A DNA stretch of 64,000 nucleotides from Halodesulfurarchaeum sp. (GCA_034520565.1 JAXHNL010000002.1:640001-704000); one strand, 5' to 3'. Shown: positions 48,349 to 59,774, counted from the stretch's first letter. Notes: generated from the letters alone by a model not told the origin. Made by a program: numbers and translations.

Positions 48349-49482
48349 TCAGTCCCCGACTGCGTCCCCGGAAATCAGCGTCTCGACGTACGGACACAGC
48401 GGGTCACTGGCCATCGGGTTCCCGGTCGCGGCGTAGGCCCGCGAGCGACTCCCGCCGCAGATCTCCCGGTGCTCGCAGGTGCCACAGGAGCCGGTGAGTT
48501 GGCTGTCGTCCCGGAGCATACCGAATAGATCCGAGTCGCGATAGATGTCCACAAGCGAGGTCTCGGTCACGTTGCCGCCCGTGAGCGGCATGAATCCCGA
48601 GGGGAACACGTCTCCCTGGTGGCTCACGAAGACGAAGCCCTTGCCGGCCCGTGTCGAGCCCACCCGGACGGAATTCCCACTTGTCGCCTGCTCGACCTGA
48701 TTGGCGACGACCCGGTAGTGGGGAGCCTCGACGGTGATCGTCCGGTATGGAGCCGACTTCTGCCGCTCGTAGAGGAACTCCATCACGTCGACGGTTTCTG
48801 CGGGGTCGAGTTGTTCGAGTTCGGTGCCTCGTCCGATCGGAACGAGGAAGAACACTTCCCACATCGCCGCGCCGAGTTCCTCGACGAGGTCGGCGATCGC
48901 CGGGAGGTCCTCGACGGTGTTGGCGGTCACCGTGGTGTTGATCTGGATGCCCAGGCCGGCGTCTTTGGCCATCCGTGCCCGCTCCATGATGAGATCGAAC
49001 GACCCGTCCTCACCCCGGAAGGTGTCGTGATTTGCCGCCGACGCGCCGTCCAGAGAGAGCGCGATGCGCTTGACGCCGAGGTCGGCGAACGTTTCGAGCA
49101 CGTCCCGGGTCAAAAGCGGTGTCGGGGCGGGGGTGACCGCCGTCGGGAGCCCCTGGTCGGTCGCATAGTCGATGAGTTCATAGAGGTCGGAGCGCTTGAG
49201 CGGGTCTCCGCCCGAGATCACGAAGATCGGCGAGTGGTGGCCGAAGTCGGCGATCTGGTCGATCAACGCCTTCCCTTCGGCCGTCGAGAGTTCGTTCGGG
49301 TCCCGGTCCGGCTGGGCGTCGGCCCGACAGTGATCGCATTCGAGGTCACAGGCCTGTGTCACCTCCCACGTCGCGATGAGCGGGGTTCGGTCGTAGTTCC
49401 GGCCGCCCGGCCCGCCGCTGTGGGGGCCATCCCCCGAGTCGCCGCTCCCACCGGGCGTTCCGCCCGGATGTCCGTGAGCCAT
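48349..49482 (-). CDS. Radical SAM/SPASM protein (AhbC/AhbD/NirJ-like, TIGR04053-type)
   Basis: WEVTQACDLECDHCR, SGGDP, CGTC..REICGGSRSRAYA..DPLC. Confidence 0.88.
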   Translation of the reverse strand: MAHGHPGGTPGGSGDSGDGPHSGGPGGRNYDRTPLIATWEVTQACDLECDHCRADAQPDRDPNELSTAEGKALIDQIADFGHHSPIFVISGGDPLKRSDLYELIDYATDQGLPTAVTPAPTPLLTRDVLETFADLGVKRIALSLDGASAANHDTFRGEDGSFDLIMERARMAKDAGLGIQINTTVTANTVEDLPAIADLVEELGAAMWEVFFLVPIGRGTELEQLDPAETVDVMEFLYERQKSAPYRTITVEAPHYRVVANQVEQATSGNSVRVGSTRAGKGFVFVSHQGDVFPSGFMPLTGGNVTETSLVDIYRDSDLFGMLRDDSQLTGSCGTCEHREICGGSRSRAYAATGNPMASDPLCPYVETLISGDAVGD

Positions 49483-49604
49483 TGGTTGCAGGTACGGGGC
49501 CGATGGATAAAAGCCCCGTTCTCGGCGGGCGACCCAGCGGGGCCACCGAAGAGCCGCGAATTTATACCGGTCGGCCGATTAACCCCTAGGTAGACGAATC
49601 ATCG

Positions 49605-50918
49605 ATGAACGAACTGTCTGCGATCTCGGTCTCGCACAAGCGGGCTTCCGTCGAGCAGATCAGTCAGTTGACCGAGCGCTCGACTGACGAGCTGCTCTCG
49701 AAACTGCTCGCGGCGGGGGCGACGGAGGCCTACGTGTTGCACACGTGCAATCGGGCCGAGTACTACGTCACCGGCCCGACCGAGGCCCGCGAGGCCGCCC
49801 TCGAGGGCGTGGACGTTTCCGTGGACGTCGTCAAGCGGATCGAGGGCCCCGACGTCGCCCGGCATCTCTTCCGGGTCGCCGCCGGACTGGAAAGCATGGT
49901 CGTCGGGGAGGACGAGATCCTCGGCCAGGTGGCGGACGCACAGGAGACGGCCATTCCGTATCTCGATGGAACACTCGGACCGGTCGTGGAGCGGGCGATC
50001 CGGGTCGGCAAGCGGGTCAGGTCGGAAACCCGGATCAACGAGGGCAACTCCTCGATGGGCACGGCGGCGGCCGAACTCGCCAGCAAACAGGTCGAGGACA
50101 TCGGGGAGACACGCGCCATCGTCATCGGGGCCGGCGAGATGGGTCGACTCGTCGCCTCGCCGCTGGCAGACCGGGGGGTCGACTTGCTGGTGACCAACCG
50201 GACCTACGACTCGGCCAAGGACCTGGCCGAGCGGGTCGATGGCACGCCGATCTGCTTCGAGGCCGTCCAATCCCGACTCCAGTACGTGGATCTCGTCGTC
50301 ACGGCGACCGACGCCCCACATCCGATTCTCGACGCCACGACCTTCAAGGGGGCCGACGTCGTCGCGCTGGACCTGGCGAACCCGCCCGACATCGACCGGA
50401 CGGTCGAGGACCTGGACACCGTGACGGTGTTCGACATCGACGACATCGGGAGCATCGTCGACAGCGTGATGGCCCGACGCAGCGAGGCGGCCGCGGAGGC
50501 CGAAACCATCGTCGACGGGGAGATGGCGGCCCTCGAACGCGACCTGAAAAAGCGGGAGGCCGAATCGATGCTCTCGACGATCTACGAGCGGGCCGAGGAA
50601 CTCCGGTCGGCCGAAGTCCGGCGCGCGGCAAACCGCCTCGAGGAGAACGGCGGCCTGAGCGAGGGGGAACGGGAGATCCTCGAGGAGATGGGCTCGGCGC
50701 TCGTCAACAAACTCCTCTCGACGCCGACCCGGACGATCAAGGAGGCCGCCGTCTCGGAGGATTACGAGACCCTGCGGGCGGTCGCCGAGGTCTTTCAGGT
50801 GCCGGAGGAACCACCCGCAGGTGCGGAACAGGCCGCTCCGGCCGACGAGCGTCGATCGGACTCGACCGATCCGGCAACGACCGGACCCGGGCCGGTCGAG
50901 GACGAGCCGAGTCCCTAA
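49605..50918 (+). CDS. hemA: Glutamyl-tRNA reductase
   Basis: TCNRAE, HLFRVAAGLESMVVGEDEILGQV, GAGEMG, DLANPPDI. Confidence 0.96.
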   Translation: MNELSAISVSHKRASVEQISQLTERSTDELLSKLLAAGATEAYVLHTCNRAEYYVTGPTEAREAALEGVDVSVDVVKRIEGPDVARHLFRVAAGLESMVVGEDEILGQVADAQETAIPYLDGTLGPVVERAIRVGKRVRSETRINEGNSSMGTAAAELASKQVEDIGETRAIVIGAGEMGRLVASPLADRGVDLLVTNRTYDSAKDLAERVDGTPICFEAVQSRLQYVDLVVTATDAPHPILDATTFKGADVVALDLANPPDIDRTVEDLDTVTVFDIDDIGSIVDSVMARRSEAAAEAETIVDGEMAALERDLKKREAESMLSTIYERAEELRSAEVRRAANRLEENGGLSEGEREILEEMGSALVNKLLSTPTRTIKEAAVSEDYETLRAVAEVFQVPEEPPAGAEQAAPADERRSDSTDPATTGPGPVEDEPSP

Positions 50919-51028
50919 GGTTCCAATGAGCCGTGTCGACGTGGCGACCGGATGGAGCCGGTGACCCCCACAAACGGGTCCGCCGACCCAAAGGAACTTG
51001 ATTATCCGGACCGTACGACCGCCAAACG

Positions 51029-52258
<1,230 letters not shown>

Positions 52259-52329
52259 GGGCCCGATTGCTGACTGAGGCGGTTTCCGAACCGACATGGC
52301 TTAGTTCCACAATCCCATTTCCGGAACAA

Positions 52330-52803
52330 ATGGGGACGATCCGGATCGTCTGGGGGACGGGACGCGGGCCGACCGAGACGGCGGCATACGACGCCGCCCT
52401 GGCCGCGGCCAACGTCCACAATTACAACCTCGTCCGCGTCTCCTCGATCGTCCCGGCCGACGGGGACGTCGTCCGTGTCGATACCGCCCCGGACCTCGGC
52501 CCAGCCGGGGGACGGCTCACGGTCGTCGAGGCCGAATCGACGGTGACGGGACCGGGGGTCACGTCGGCCGGGCTCGCCTGGACCACGGGCGAGGGCCCCG
52601 GATTGTTCTACGAGTCGGCCGGCCCCTCGGAGCCCGAGTCAGTCGAGCGGCGAATTCGGGCGGGGATCGAGGCCGGCCAGGCGCTCAGGGACTGGCCGGA
52701 GGCCGACGTCGAAACCCGGACGGCGACGATCGAAGCCGAAAGCGGTGAGTACGCCAGTGCGGTCGTCCTGGCCGTTTACGGCGAGAGCGAGCCGATCTTG
52801 TGA
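52330..52803 (+). CDS. pdaD: Pyruvoyl-dependent arginine decarboxylase
   Basis: YDAAL..ANVHNYNLVRVSSIVP (S|S self-cleavage). Confidence 0.9.
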   Translation: MGTIRIVWGTGRGPTETAAYDAALAAANVHNYNLVRVSSIVPADGDVVRVDTAPDLGPAGGRLTVVEAESTVTGPGVTSAGLAWTTGEGPGLFYESAGPSEPESVERRIRAGIEAGQALRDWPEADVETRTATIEAESGEYASAVVLAVYGESEPIL

Positions 52804-52945
52804 CCGTGTCCTCGGGCCTGCGGATCGTGGCCGTTCGGGTGACTCCTCCGCGAAAGCCCCGAAAGCAGCTCCCGGGCTGTGAAACGGGGCGATGCACCGG
52901 TTCGACCGAAAGGGTTTACGCGGCTGGGACCGCTAACGACGGGTA

Positions 52946-53314
52946 ATGTATGGAAACACGCCGTACGCGGGCCGGCTGGGCGAGGGGGAGCGCCCGGAGG
53001 TTTCGCCCGCGACGCGGCGGGCCCTCAAGGAGCGGATTTCACACGTCGAGAAGCGGACTCGCCGGCACCTGCCGGACGAGTATCAGGTCGGGTCCCGTGT
53101 CGCGCGATCGAGCGACGGAGCCCAGGTAACCGTCTCGGTGCGCCCACCGATCGGGAACCCGGTCAGCGCGGGGTTCACGCCGGACCTTTCGGGCTCGGCG
53201 GCGGACCCGATCCCGGTCGAAGATATCGAGGAGGTCGCTCGCGGCCTCGCGGCGAGTGCGGCCCTCCAGGTCAAACAGGCACTGGACGACGACGTGCCGC
53301 CGATGGCACGATAG
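52946..53314 (+). CDS. Conserved haloarchaeal protein (DUF5811-like)
   Basis: MYGNTPY, PPIGNPVSAGF, LAASAALQVKQA. Confidence 0.82.
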   Translation: MYGNTPYAGRLGEGERPEVSPATRRALKERISHVEKRTRRHLPDEYQVGSRVARSSDGAQVTVSVRPPIGNPVSAGFTPDLSGSAADPIPVEDIEEVARGLAASAALQVKQALDDDVPPMAR

Positions 53315-53408
53315 AACGTTCCGGAACGTAACTGGCAGTTCGGGTCGCCGATTCCGGTTAGAAGTAGACAGTCCGGTTTTCCCCTCGACACCACGACCCC
53401 GGAACCGG

Positions 53409-53546
53409 CTAGCTGGGCCGACAGGTCGGACAGGTGTGGTCTTCCCCGTAATCGACCAGCCCGACGGCCTTCCGCCCGGTGTGTCGCCAGAAGTCTTTGC
53501 AGCTGGGGCACTCTCTGATCTGGTGGAACTGGGTGGCGTGTTGCAT
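53409..53546 (-). CDS. Zinc-finger microprotein (45 aa, CPSC...CPTC)
   Basis: MQHATQFHQIRECPSCKDFWRHTGRKAVGLVDYGEDHTCPTCRPS; TTAAG box about 29 nt upstream. Confidence 0.6.
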   Translation of the reverse strand: MQHATQFHQIRECPSCKDFWRHTGRKAVGLVDYGEDHTCPTCRPS

Positions 53547-53719
53547 CACACCGTATCCATCATGGTTGTGCACTTAAGGATTGTCCTGAATGAAGGGCTA
53601 ACAATAGTAGGTCATTAATGGCATATTAACATCGATCGCATCGCCGGCCGTCTCCGTCCAACTCGGACCAGGGCACCGGTTTGACACCGATGGCGGTTCG
53701 GCGCGCGGGTGTGAGGATT

Positions 53720-53890
53720 TCAGGCGGACTCTCGGAATTCGTTCACCAGCATCGGCGCGATGACGCCGAGGAAAATCAGGACTGCCAGTCCGGCTTCCGT
53801 CGGGAGGTCGGTCCACTCCACGGTGGCGAAACTCGCAGCGATCGCCACGAATACGAAGCCGCCGATGACCCTGTTCTCCCGAGAGACCAT
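53720..53890 (-). CDS. Small two-TM membrane protein (56 aa)
   Basis: MVSRENRVIGGFVFVAIAASF...VLIFLGVIAPMLVNEF; starts 3 nt after the infB stop. Confidence 0.7.
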   Translation of the reverse strand: MVSRENRVIGGFVFVAIAASFATVEWTDLPTEAGLAVLIFLGVIAPMLVNEFRESA

Positions 53891-53893
53891 GGG

Positions 53894-55693
53894 CTATTTG
53901 CCCCAGAACGGATCCTGCTTCCGGCGCTTTTCGAGGAACATGGACAGGGCCTCCCGTTCGTCGGCCGGCAGGTCCTCGCGGAGTTCCTGTTCGAGCACCT
54001 TGGCGTGGTTCTCCGGCAGGTCGACCCAGAGGACGTCCTCCTCGTCGATCCCGCGACCGACCGTCGGTCCCTCGATGGAGACGGCGGCTCGCTCGCCGGC
54101 CCGCAACGTCTCGAGGTCCTCGCCCTCGTCCTGAATCGTCTTCAGCACGCCGACCCGCTCGAAGTCGCCGTTCTCCAGGAATCCGACGGGGACGTTCCGG
54201 CCGAGGGTTCCCGTCGCAACCTCCACGCCGACGACCGCTGGCCCGGACTGCCGGAAGACGTGATCGCGGAGGATTCGGAACCGGGCGGGCCTGATGACGT
54301 TCTCGAAGACGGCCTCGCGCTGCCGCTCGCGGATCTCCTCGACGAATGCTTCGTAGTCCTCGATGAGCTGGTAGATGACGTCGTCCTCGAAGATTCGCAC
54401 CCCCGCCTCGGCGGCGGCTTCGGCGGCGTCGGCGTGCACGTCAACGTTGAACCCGAGGATCGCCTGGTGGGTCCCCTCCTCGGCCGTGGAGGCGACGCTC
54501 ACGTCCCGCGGGGCGACGTCCCCGACCTCCGCCCGGAGGATCGGGATCTCGGCCTCGCGCAGCGAGTTGGCGATGGCTTCGAGGCTCCCCAGGGTGTCGG
54601 CCTTGACGACGATCCCGTCCTCGTCGGTTTCGACGGCCACCTCGGCCAGTTCCTCCTCGACTGCCGCGACGACGGCGTCGGTCTCTCGATCGCCGACCAC
54701 CCGGACTGGTGCCCCTGACATGGCGTCCTCGAGGTCCGGGGCGGCGATCTTCAGTCCCATCGCCGCGGAAACCGACTCGACCTGCTCGAAGCGTTTCTCC
54801 GTGCGGATCTCCGCGAGGTCCCGCGGCTGCAGCAGGGCACGCACGGTGGTGACGATCGGGCCCTGGGTGCCGCCGACGACGATGGTATCGCCCTCCTCGA
54901 TCGTGCCGTCATAGAGGATCACGTCGAGTGTCGAGCCGAAGCCCCGCTCCTCGGTGACCTCGAGGACGGTCCCGGCGCCCGGGCCCGCGATGTCGATCTC
55001 CATCTCCGTGCTCATGTAGCGCTGGGCCAGCCCCATCAGGACCGCGAGCAGATCCGGAATCCCCTCGCCGGTCTCCGCGCTCACGGGGATCACGCCGACG
55101 TTCCTCTGGAAGTCCGAGACCCGCCAGTAGAAGTCCGCGGAGAAGCCCGCATCCGAGAGGTCGCCGATGATCTTGTAGAGGTGCTCGTCGAGGGTCGACC
55201 TGACCCGGTCGCTCTGGGCGTCGTAACTGGCCTTGCTGGGGGAATCGGGGTTCGGATTCCATCCCGGAATCGTGTCGATCTTGTTCGCGGCGACGACGAA
55301 GGGCGTCTCGCTGTCCTGAAGGATCGAGACGGCCTCGTGGGTCTGGGGCTGGAACCCGTCGGTCACGTCGACGACGAGGATCGCGATGTCCGCGAGCGCG
55401 CCGCCGCGGGCCCGGAGGGTCGTGAACGCGTGATGGCCCGGCGTGTCGATGAAAAGGAGACCCGGCAGGTCGAACTCGGTCGGGTCGACCAGGTCACCCG
55501 CGATGGCCGAGACGATATCGAGTGGGACTGCGGTCGCGCCGATGTGCTGGGTGATGGCCCCCGATTCGCCCTCGCTCACGGCGGAGCCTCGAACCGTATC
55601 GAGGAGACTCGTCTTGCCGTGATCGACGTGGCCCAGGACGGCCACGATTGGGGTGCGAAACGCGTCGGCGTGGTCTGGCTCGGAATCGGACAT
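53894..55693 (-). CDS. infB: Translation initiation factor aIF5B (IF-2)
   Basis: RTPIVAVLGHVDHGKT, DTPGH, NKID, C-terminal DPFWGK. Confidence 0.98.
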   Translation of the reverse strand: MSDSEPDHADAFRTPIVAVLGHVDHGKTSLLDTVRGSAVSEGESGAITQHIGATAVPLDIVSAIAGDLVDPTEFDLPGLLFIDTPGHHAFTTLRARGGALADIAILVVDVTDGFQPQTHEAVSILQDSETPFVVAANKIDTIPGWNPNPDSPSKASYDAQSDRVRSTLDEHLYKIIGDLSDAGFSADFYWRVSDFQRNVGVIPVSAETGEGIPDLLAVLMGLAQRYMSTEMEIDIAGPGAGTVLEVTEERGFGSTLDVILYDGTIEEGDTIVVGGTQGPIVTTVRALLQPRDLAEIRTEKRFEQVESVSAAMGLKIAAPDLEDAMSGAPVRVVGDRETDAVVAAVEEELAEVAVETDEDGIVVKADTLGSLEAIANSLREAEIPILRAEVGDVAPRDVSVASTAEEGTHQAILGFNVDVHADAAEAAAEAGVRIFEDDVIYQLIEDYEAFVEEIRERQREAVFENVIRPARFRILRDHVFRQSGPAVVGVEVATGTLGRNVPVGFLENGDFERVGVLKTIQDEGEDLETLRAGERAAVSIEGPTVGRGIDEEDVLWVDLPENHAKVLEQELREDLPADEREALSMFLEKRRKQDPFWGK

Positions 55694-55894
55694 AGAACTC
55701 TCCGAGAAACTCGGTACCAGAACAATCCCGTCGCCGGCAGTTAACTCCATCGTCGTGGGGCCGTGGCTGGCGGGTATCCACCCGGCAGGTCGCCCTGGGA
55801 CCCACGCCGGCTGCCACCCGGCAGGTCCGACCCGACCGGCAGACCTCCGGCCCGGCCCACGGCATTTAAGGTCGCGGGTCGAGTTTCCCCGTGT

Positions 55895-56137
55895 ATGGCC
55901 GATATGCTCGCTGAAACGCTCTCCGGAAAGTCGGTGATGGGGGCCGACGGCACCGAACTCGGGGAGCTGTACAACGTGACGATGGACCTGGAAACCGGAC
56001 GGCTCGAACACCTGCTGGTCGCGCCACTCGAGGAGGGGTCGGCCGAGGTCGACTTCCCGACCGACGACGAGGGCCGCTTCGAGATCCCGGTCTCCCGGGT
56101 GCAGGCGGTCAAGGACTACATCGTCGTCGAGCGGTAG
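55895..56137 (+). CDS. PRC-barrel protein (CdpB-like cell-division family)
   Basis: LSGKSVMGADGTELG...VQAVKDYIVV. Confidence 0.88.
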   Translation: MADMLAETLSGKSVMGADGTELGELYNVTMDLETGRLEHLLVAPLEEGSAEVDFPTDDEGRFEIPVSRVQAVKDYIVVER

Positions 56138-56596
56138 ATGTACGTGCTCGACGCGTCGGCGTTCATCGAGGAGTTCGAGACGGAGGACCCGGTCGCGACC
56201 ATTCCCGCCGTCCGCGAGGAACTCAAAAACGGCGCGGGCTACCGATACGACGCCATGGAGGGGGCCGGTATGCACGTCCACATTCCGGACGCCGACGTGC
56301 TCGACCGCGTCCGTCGCGCCGCGGATTCGACCGGTGACCTCGAGGTGCTTTCCGAGACCGACCTCCGGTTGCTCGCGGCGGCCTACGAACTCGACGGGAC
56401 GCTGGTGACCGACGATTACGCCATGCAGAACGTCGCCGAATCCCTCGAACTCGCCACGGAGGTCGTCGCCCAGGACGGCATCACGGAGCGCCGGGACTGG
56501 CACTTCCAGTGTCAGGGCTGTGGCCGGGAGTTCGAGGAGCACCACGACCGCTGTCCGGTCTGTGGGTCAGGTCTGGCACGGAAGAACCCGAGCTAA
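56138..56596 (+). CDS. nob1: NOB1 family PIN endonuclease
   Basis: VLDASAFI, LSETD, VTDDYAMQN, C-terminal CxxC...CPVCG. Confidence 0.92.
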   Translation: MYVLDASAFIEEFETEDPVATIPAVREELKNGAGYRYDAMEGAGMHVHIPDADVLDRVRRAADSTGDLEVLSETDLRLLAAAYELDGTLVTDDYAMQNVAESLELATEVVAQDGITERRDWHFQCQGCGREFEEHHDRCPVCGSGLARKNPS

Positions 56597-56665
56597 CCGG
56601 GGACTAACCTGTGGACCGCGTCCACACTGGCAGGGACGGCCCGTCGGCGGCCCCCAACCGGCCCA

Positions 56666-57748
56666 TCACAGCACGCCGGCCGTGATTGCGAGGTAGGCGA
56701 GTCCGAACTGCACCGCGTTGTAGGTCCCGTGGACCAGCGCCGGGACCACTACGTTTTCCGTCCGCTCGTAAACGATCCCCAGCACCAGCGAGATGACGAA
56801 CAGTTGGATGAGCGTCGCGAAGATCGCCGGCGGCGGGCCGGTCGCGTAGGCTGGCAGGTGGATCGCCGTGAACACGAGTGTCCCCACCAGCACCGCTGCC
56901 GGTCGGGAGAACCCGTCGTAAAGGTGCTTTTGCACGATGTTCCGCGAGAGCAGTTCCTCCCCCGGCCCGATCACGAACCAGGAAAGCGGGACGAACGCGA
57001 GGAGAAGCAACGGGGCCTCGCGGGCCTGTTCGACCAGCCCGTGCTCGGCGGAGGGAATGCCGAGTACCTCCGTCAGGGCACCCAACCCGCCGAGCAACAC
57101 GAACATCGTGATCGTCCCGCCGATCACGTAAAGCCATCCCCGCTTCGTGGGTAGCGCGATGTCGATGAACGACCACCCGCGGTCGGTCAGCACGAGATAG
57201 CCGACGGCGACGACGCCGAGCCCGAGGCTGAACGCGACGGTTCCAAGCCCGCTGCTCGCGATCGTCCCGCTGTCGGCGAACGCGAAGAAACTCGCCATCG
57301 AAAACAGGAACCCGACGAGCAGCCCTGTGAGGCCGATGAACAGGGCGTCGGCGGCATATCGGCCCCGCAAGAGTACCGCCCGCCGATCCTGGTCCAGATA
57401 GTCGGCGACCGCGACGCCGACGCCGAGGAGACCGACGACGAAAGCGATCGGCAATCCGAGTCCCACTCCCGTCCCCGTCATCGCCGAGGGATGGAGAACC
57501 GCGACGCTCGCCGCCGCCACCAGTCCGCCCGACCCGGCCCCGGCGAGCACGCTCAAACGTCGGTCCGTGGCGCCGTAGCGGCGCGCAGCGAACCCCGCGA
57601 ACGCGAGCAGGCCGAAGACCAGACCGGGAACGCTCTCGACCGGGCCGACGGCGACGGGGTCGGTCCACCGCAGAAAACCGGTGGCCACGCCGAGTCCGGC
57701 CAGGACGAACCCGAGCGAGGGAGCGAATCGCTCCGCGGTCCCGTTCAT
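56666..57748 (-). CDS. CPBP (Abi/CAAX) intramembrane metalloprotease
   Basis: EELLSR, FTAIH, HGTYN; multiple TMs. Confidence 0.9.
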   Translation of the reverse strand: MNGTAERFAPSLGFVLAGLGVATGFLRWTDPVAVGPVESVPGLVFGLLAFAGFAARRYGATDRRLSVLAGAGSGGLVAAASVAVLHPSAMTGTGVGLGLPIAFVVGLLGVGVAVADYLDQDRRAVLLRGRYAADALFIGLTGLLVGFLFSMASFFAFADSGTIASSGLGTVAFSLGLGVVAVGYLVLTDRGWSFIDIALPTKRGWLYVIGGTITMFVLLGGLGALTEVLGIPSAEHGLVEQAREAPLLLLAFVPLSWFVIGPGEELLSRNIVQKHLYDGFSRPAAVLVGTLVFTAIHLPAYATGPPPAIFATLIQLFVISLVLGIVYERTENVVVPALVHGTYNAVQFGLAYLAITAGVL

Positions 57749-57782
57749 CCGGTGTCACCACCTCCTCCCGGCTCGGGATGGC

Positions 57783-59093
57783 TCATTCGAATGGATCCCC
57801 CGTTTCGGTACTGTCGGACTCGATCACGAGGTCGTCGTTCGCGTCGAGCGTTCGCTCGCCCCGGAGGAGTTCCCGGGCGGTCTCCTTGCCCCACTCGACG
57901 GCCGGCTGCGTGAACGTCTCGACCCCGGCGAGTTCGCCGGCCATGATGCAGGCCGCTTCCATGGTGTAGAGCAGTTCGCCGATCCCCGCGGCGTCGAGGG
58001 CCGGGATCTCGATCCGGATCGTCGGGACGCCGGACTTCCGGAGACTCGCCTCGGTCGCCTCGAACTCCGCGTCGATCAGGTCCCGGAGATCGCTCCCGCC
58101 GAGAGACGAGAGCGCCTCGTGTTCGGCGTTCGGGATCGGAACACTGGGTCGCTCCCGCGGGCGCACGAGGGTCACCACTTTGTCCGTCGGGCCGGCCCGG
58201 TAGAGCTGGAGCTGGGAGTGTTGATCGGTCACCCCGAGTGCCCGCACCGGGGTCTGGCCTCGATCGTCCTTGCCGAGGCTCTCGGCCCAGAGCTGGGCGA
58301 ACCACTCCGCGAAGGGCTCCAGCGCCTCGGCGTAGGGCATCATCGCGGCGACGGTCGCGCCCCGCTCCTCGAGGGCGTACATGGTGGCCCCGTAGGCGTA
58401 GGCCGGGGACTCGAAGAGCGAGGCAGAAAGCGAGTCGGCCGCCCGTTTTCCACCACGGAGGATCGTCTCGAGGTCCAGTCCCTCGAAGGCGGCCGCCGCG
58501 AGGCCAACTGCCGAGAGCGCGGAAAACCGGCCGGGGACCCCCTCGGGAACCGGGAGTGTGGGAAGGTCGTGACGTTCGGCGAGCGAGCGAAGCGGGCCCG
58601 ACTCCCCTGTCGTGACGACCGTCCGCTCGGTCCAGTCCACCCCTGCCTCGGTCATCGCCTCGCGAATCACGAGGAAGTTCCCGAGCGTTTCGGCGGTCGT
58701 CCCCGACCGGGAGACCACGTTCATCGCGACCGTCGAGAGGTCCAGGTCCTCGAGGAGCGCGGCGGTCTCGGCCGGGTCGACGTTGTCGAGAAACCGGGTG
58801 TCGCCGCTTCCGTCGAGGGCGCCCGTGATCGTCGCCGCGCCGAGAGCGCTCCCGCCGATGCCGACGGTCAGGAAGGTTTCTGCCGGGCGGATTTCCTCGA
58901 CTGCGGCCTCGATCGGGCCCGGATCGGTCCGCTCAGGGAGGTTCAGGGCCGCGTAGCCGTGCTCCTCGTCGCGCCGTCCGGTCTCGATCCGGTCGGCGGC
59001 AGTTGCCACCCGCTCGTCGAGGGCCTCGAGATCGGCGCGGGAGACCCCGATCGGGCCGTGCTCGGCGAGGGCGTATCCGAGATGAACTCGCAT
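57783..59093 (-). CDS. pgi: Glucose-6-phosphate isomerase
   Basis: GIGGSALG, SRSGTTAET, GRFS, QLWAESLGK, DQHSQLQ, QPAVEWGK. Confidence 0.95.
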   Translation of the reverse strand: MRVHLGYALAEHGPIGVSRADLEALDERVATAADRIETGRRDEEHGYAALNLPERTDPGPIEAAVEEIRPAETFLTVGIGGSALGAATITGALDGSGDTRFLDNVDPAETAALLEDLDLSTVAMNVVSRSGTTAETLGNFLVIREAMTEAGVDWTERTVVTTGESGPLRSLAERHDLPTLPVPEGVPGRFSALSAVGLAAAAFEGLDLETILRGGKRAADSLSASLFESPAYAYGATMYALEERGATVAAMMPYAEALEPFAEWFAQLWAESLGKDDRGQTPVRALGVTDQHSQLQLYRAGPTDKVVTLVRPRERPSVPIPNAEHEALSSLGGSDLRDLIDAEFEATEASLRKSGVPTIRIEIPALDAAGIGELLYTMEAACIMAGELAGVETFTQPAVEWGKETARELLRGERTLDANDDLVIESDSTETGDPFE

Positions 59094-59168
59094 ACCTGCA
59101 GTGTGGGCCGGGGCCCTAAGTCGTTTTCCGGTTCGACGGAACGCGCTTCTCGAACGCCGAATCGTGGA

Positions 59169-59774
59169 TCAGCGCGGTTCGAACCGGGCGGCGAACGTCT
59201 CTTTGGACACGCCGGCCCAGCGCTGGCCGAGCAGGCCCACGATGAGCGCCCCGACGCCGTCGAAGAGGAGGTCGAGGATGGTGTCCTGCAGGCCGTACTG
59301 GATCAATAGCGGCTGCTTGCCGATCGACAAGGCGAGGAGCCGGCCGACGAACTCCGCCACTTCCCACGCGACGCCGGCGGCCATCGTGAACAGGATCACG
59401 TACAGGAAAAGGAAGTCAGGGGGCAGTGAGATGGACTCGGAGTGCTCGTCGAGGGCCCGGGCGAGCGCGTACCCGACGCTGGCCAAAAGCGCCGCCGAGA
59501 GGGTATGGGTCAGGTGATCCCACCACCAGATCGTCTCGTAGGGGCCGGCCATGCCGAGGGTGTGGAGGAGCACGGCGACTGCGATCCAGAGCGCGAGCAC
59601 CCGACCGACGGAAATCGCTGCAAACCGGGACAGCGCCCAGGGGAGGAGCATCGTCAGGAACCCGAGCAGGCCGTTGATCACGAGGACGAAGTCTCCCGCC
59701 AGGAGTCCGTACCCGACGATCGCGAGGACCAGTGCCTGAATGCCGCGGAACACGCTCGTACTGGGAGGCGCCAC
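59169..59774 (-). CDS. Membrane protein with WDHLTH...WE..EF...DT..DL motif (putative metal hydrolase)
   Basis: Hydrophobic ORF with conserved His/Glu/Asp motifs. Confidence 0.78.
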   Translation of the reverse strand: MAPPSTSVFRGIQALVLAIVGYGLLAGDFVLVINGLLGFLTMLLPWALSRFAAISVGRVLALWIAVAVLLHTLGMAGPYETIWWWDHLTHTLSAALLASVGYALARALDEHSESISLPPDFLFLYVILFTMAAGVAWEVAEFVGRLLALSIGKQPLLIQYGLQDTILDLLFDGVGALIVGLLGQRWAGVSKETFAARFEPR

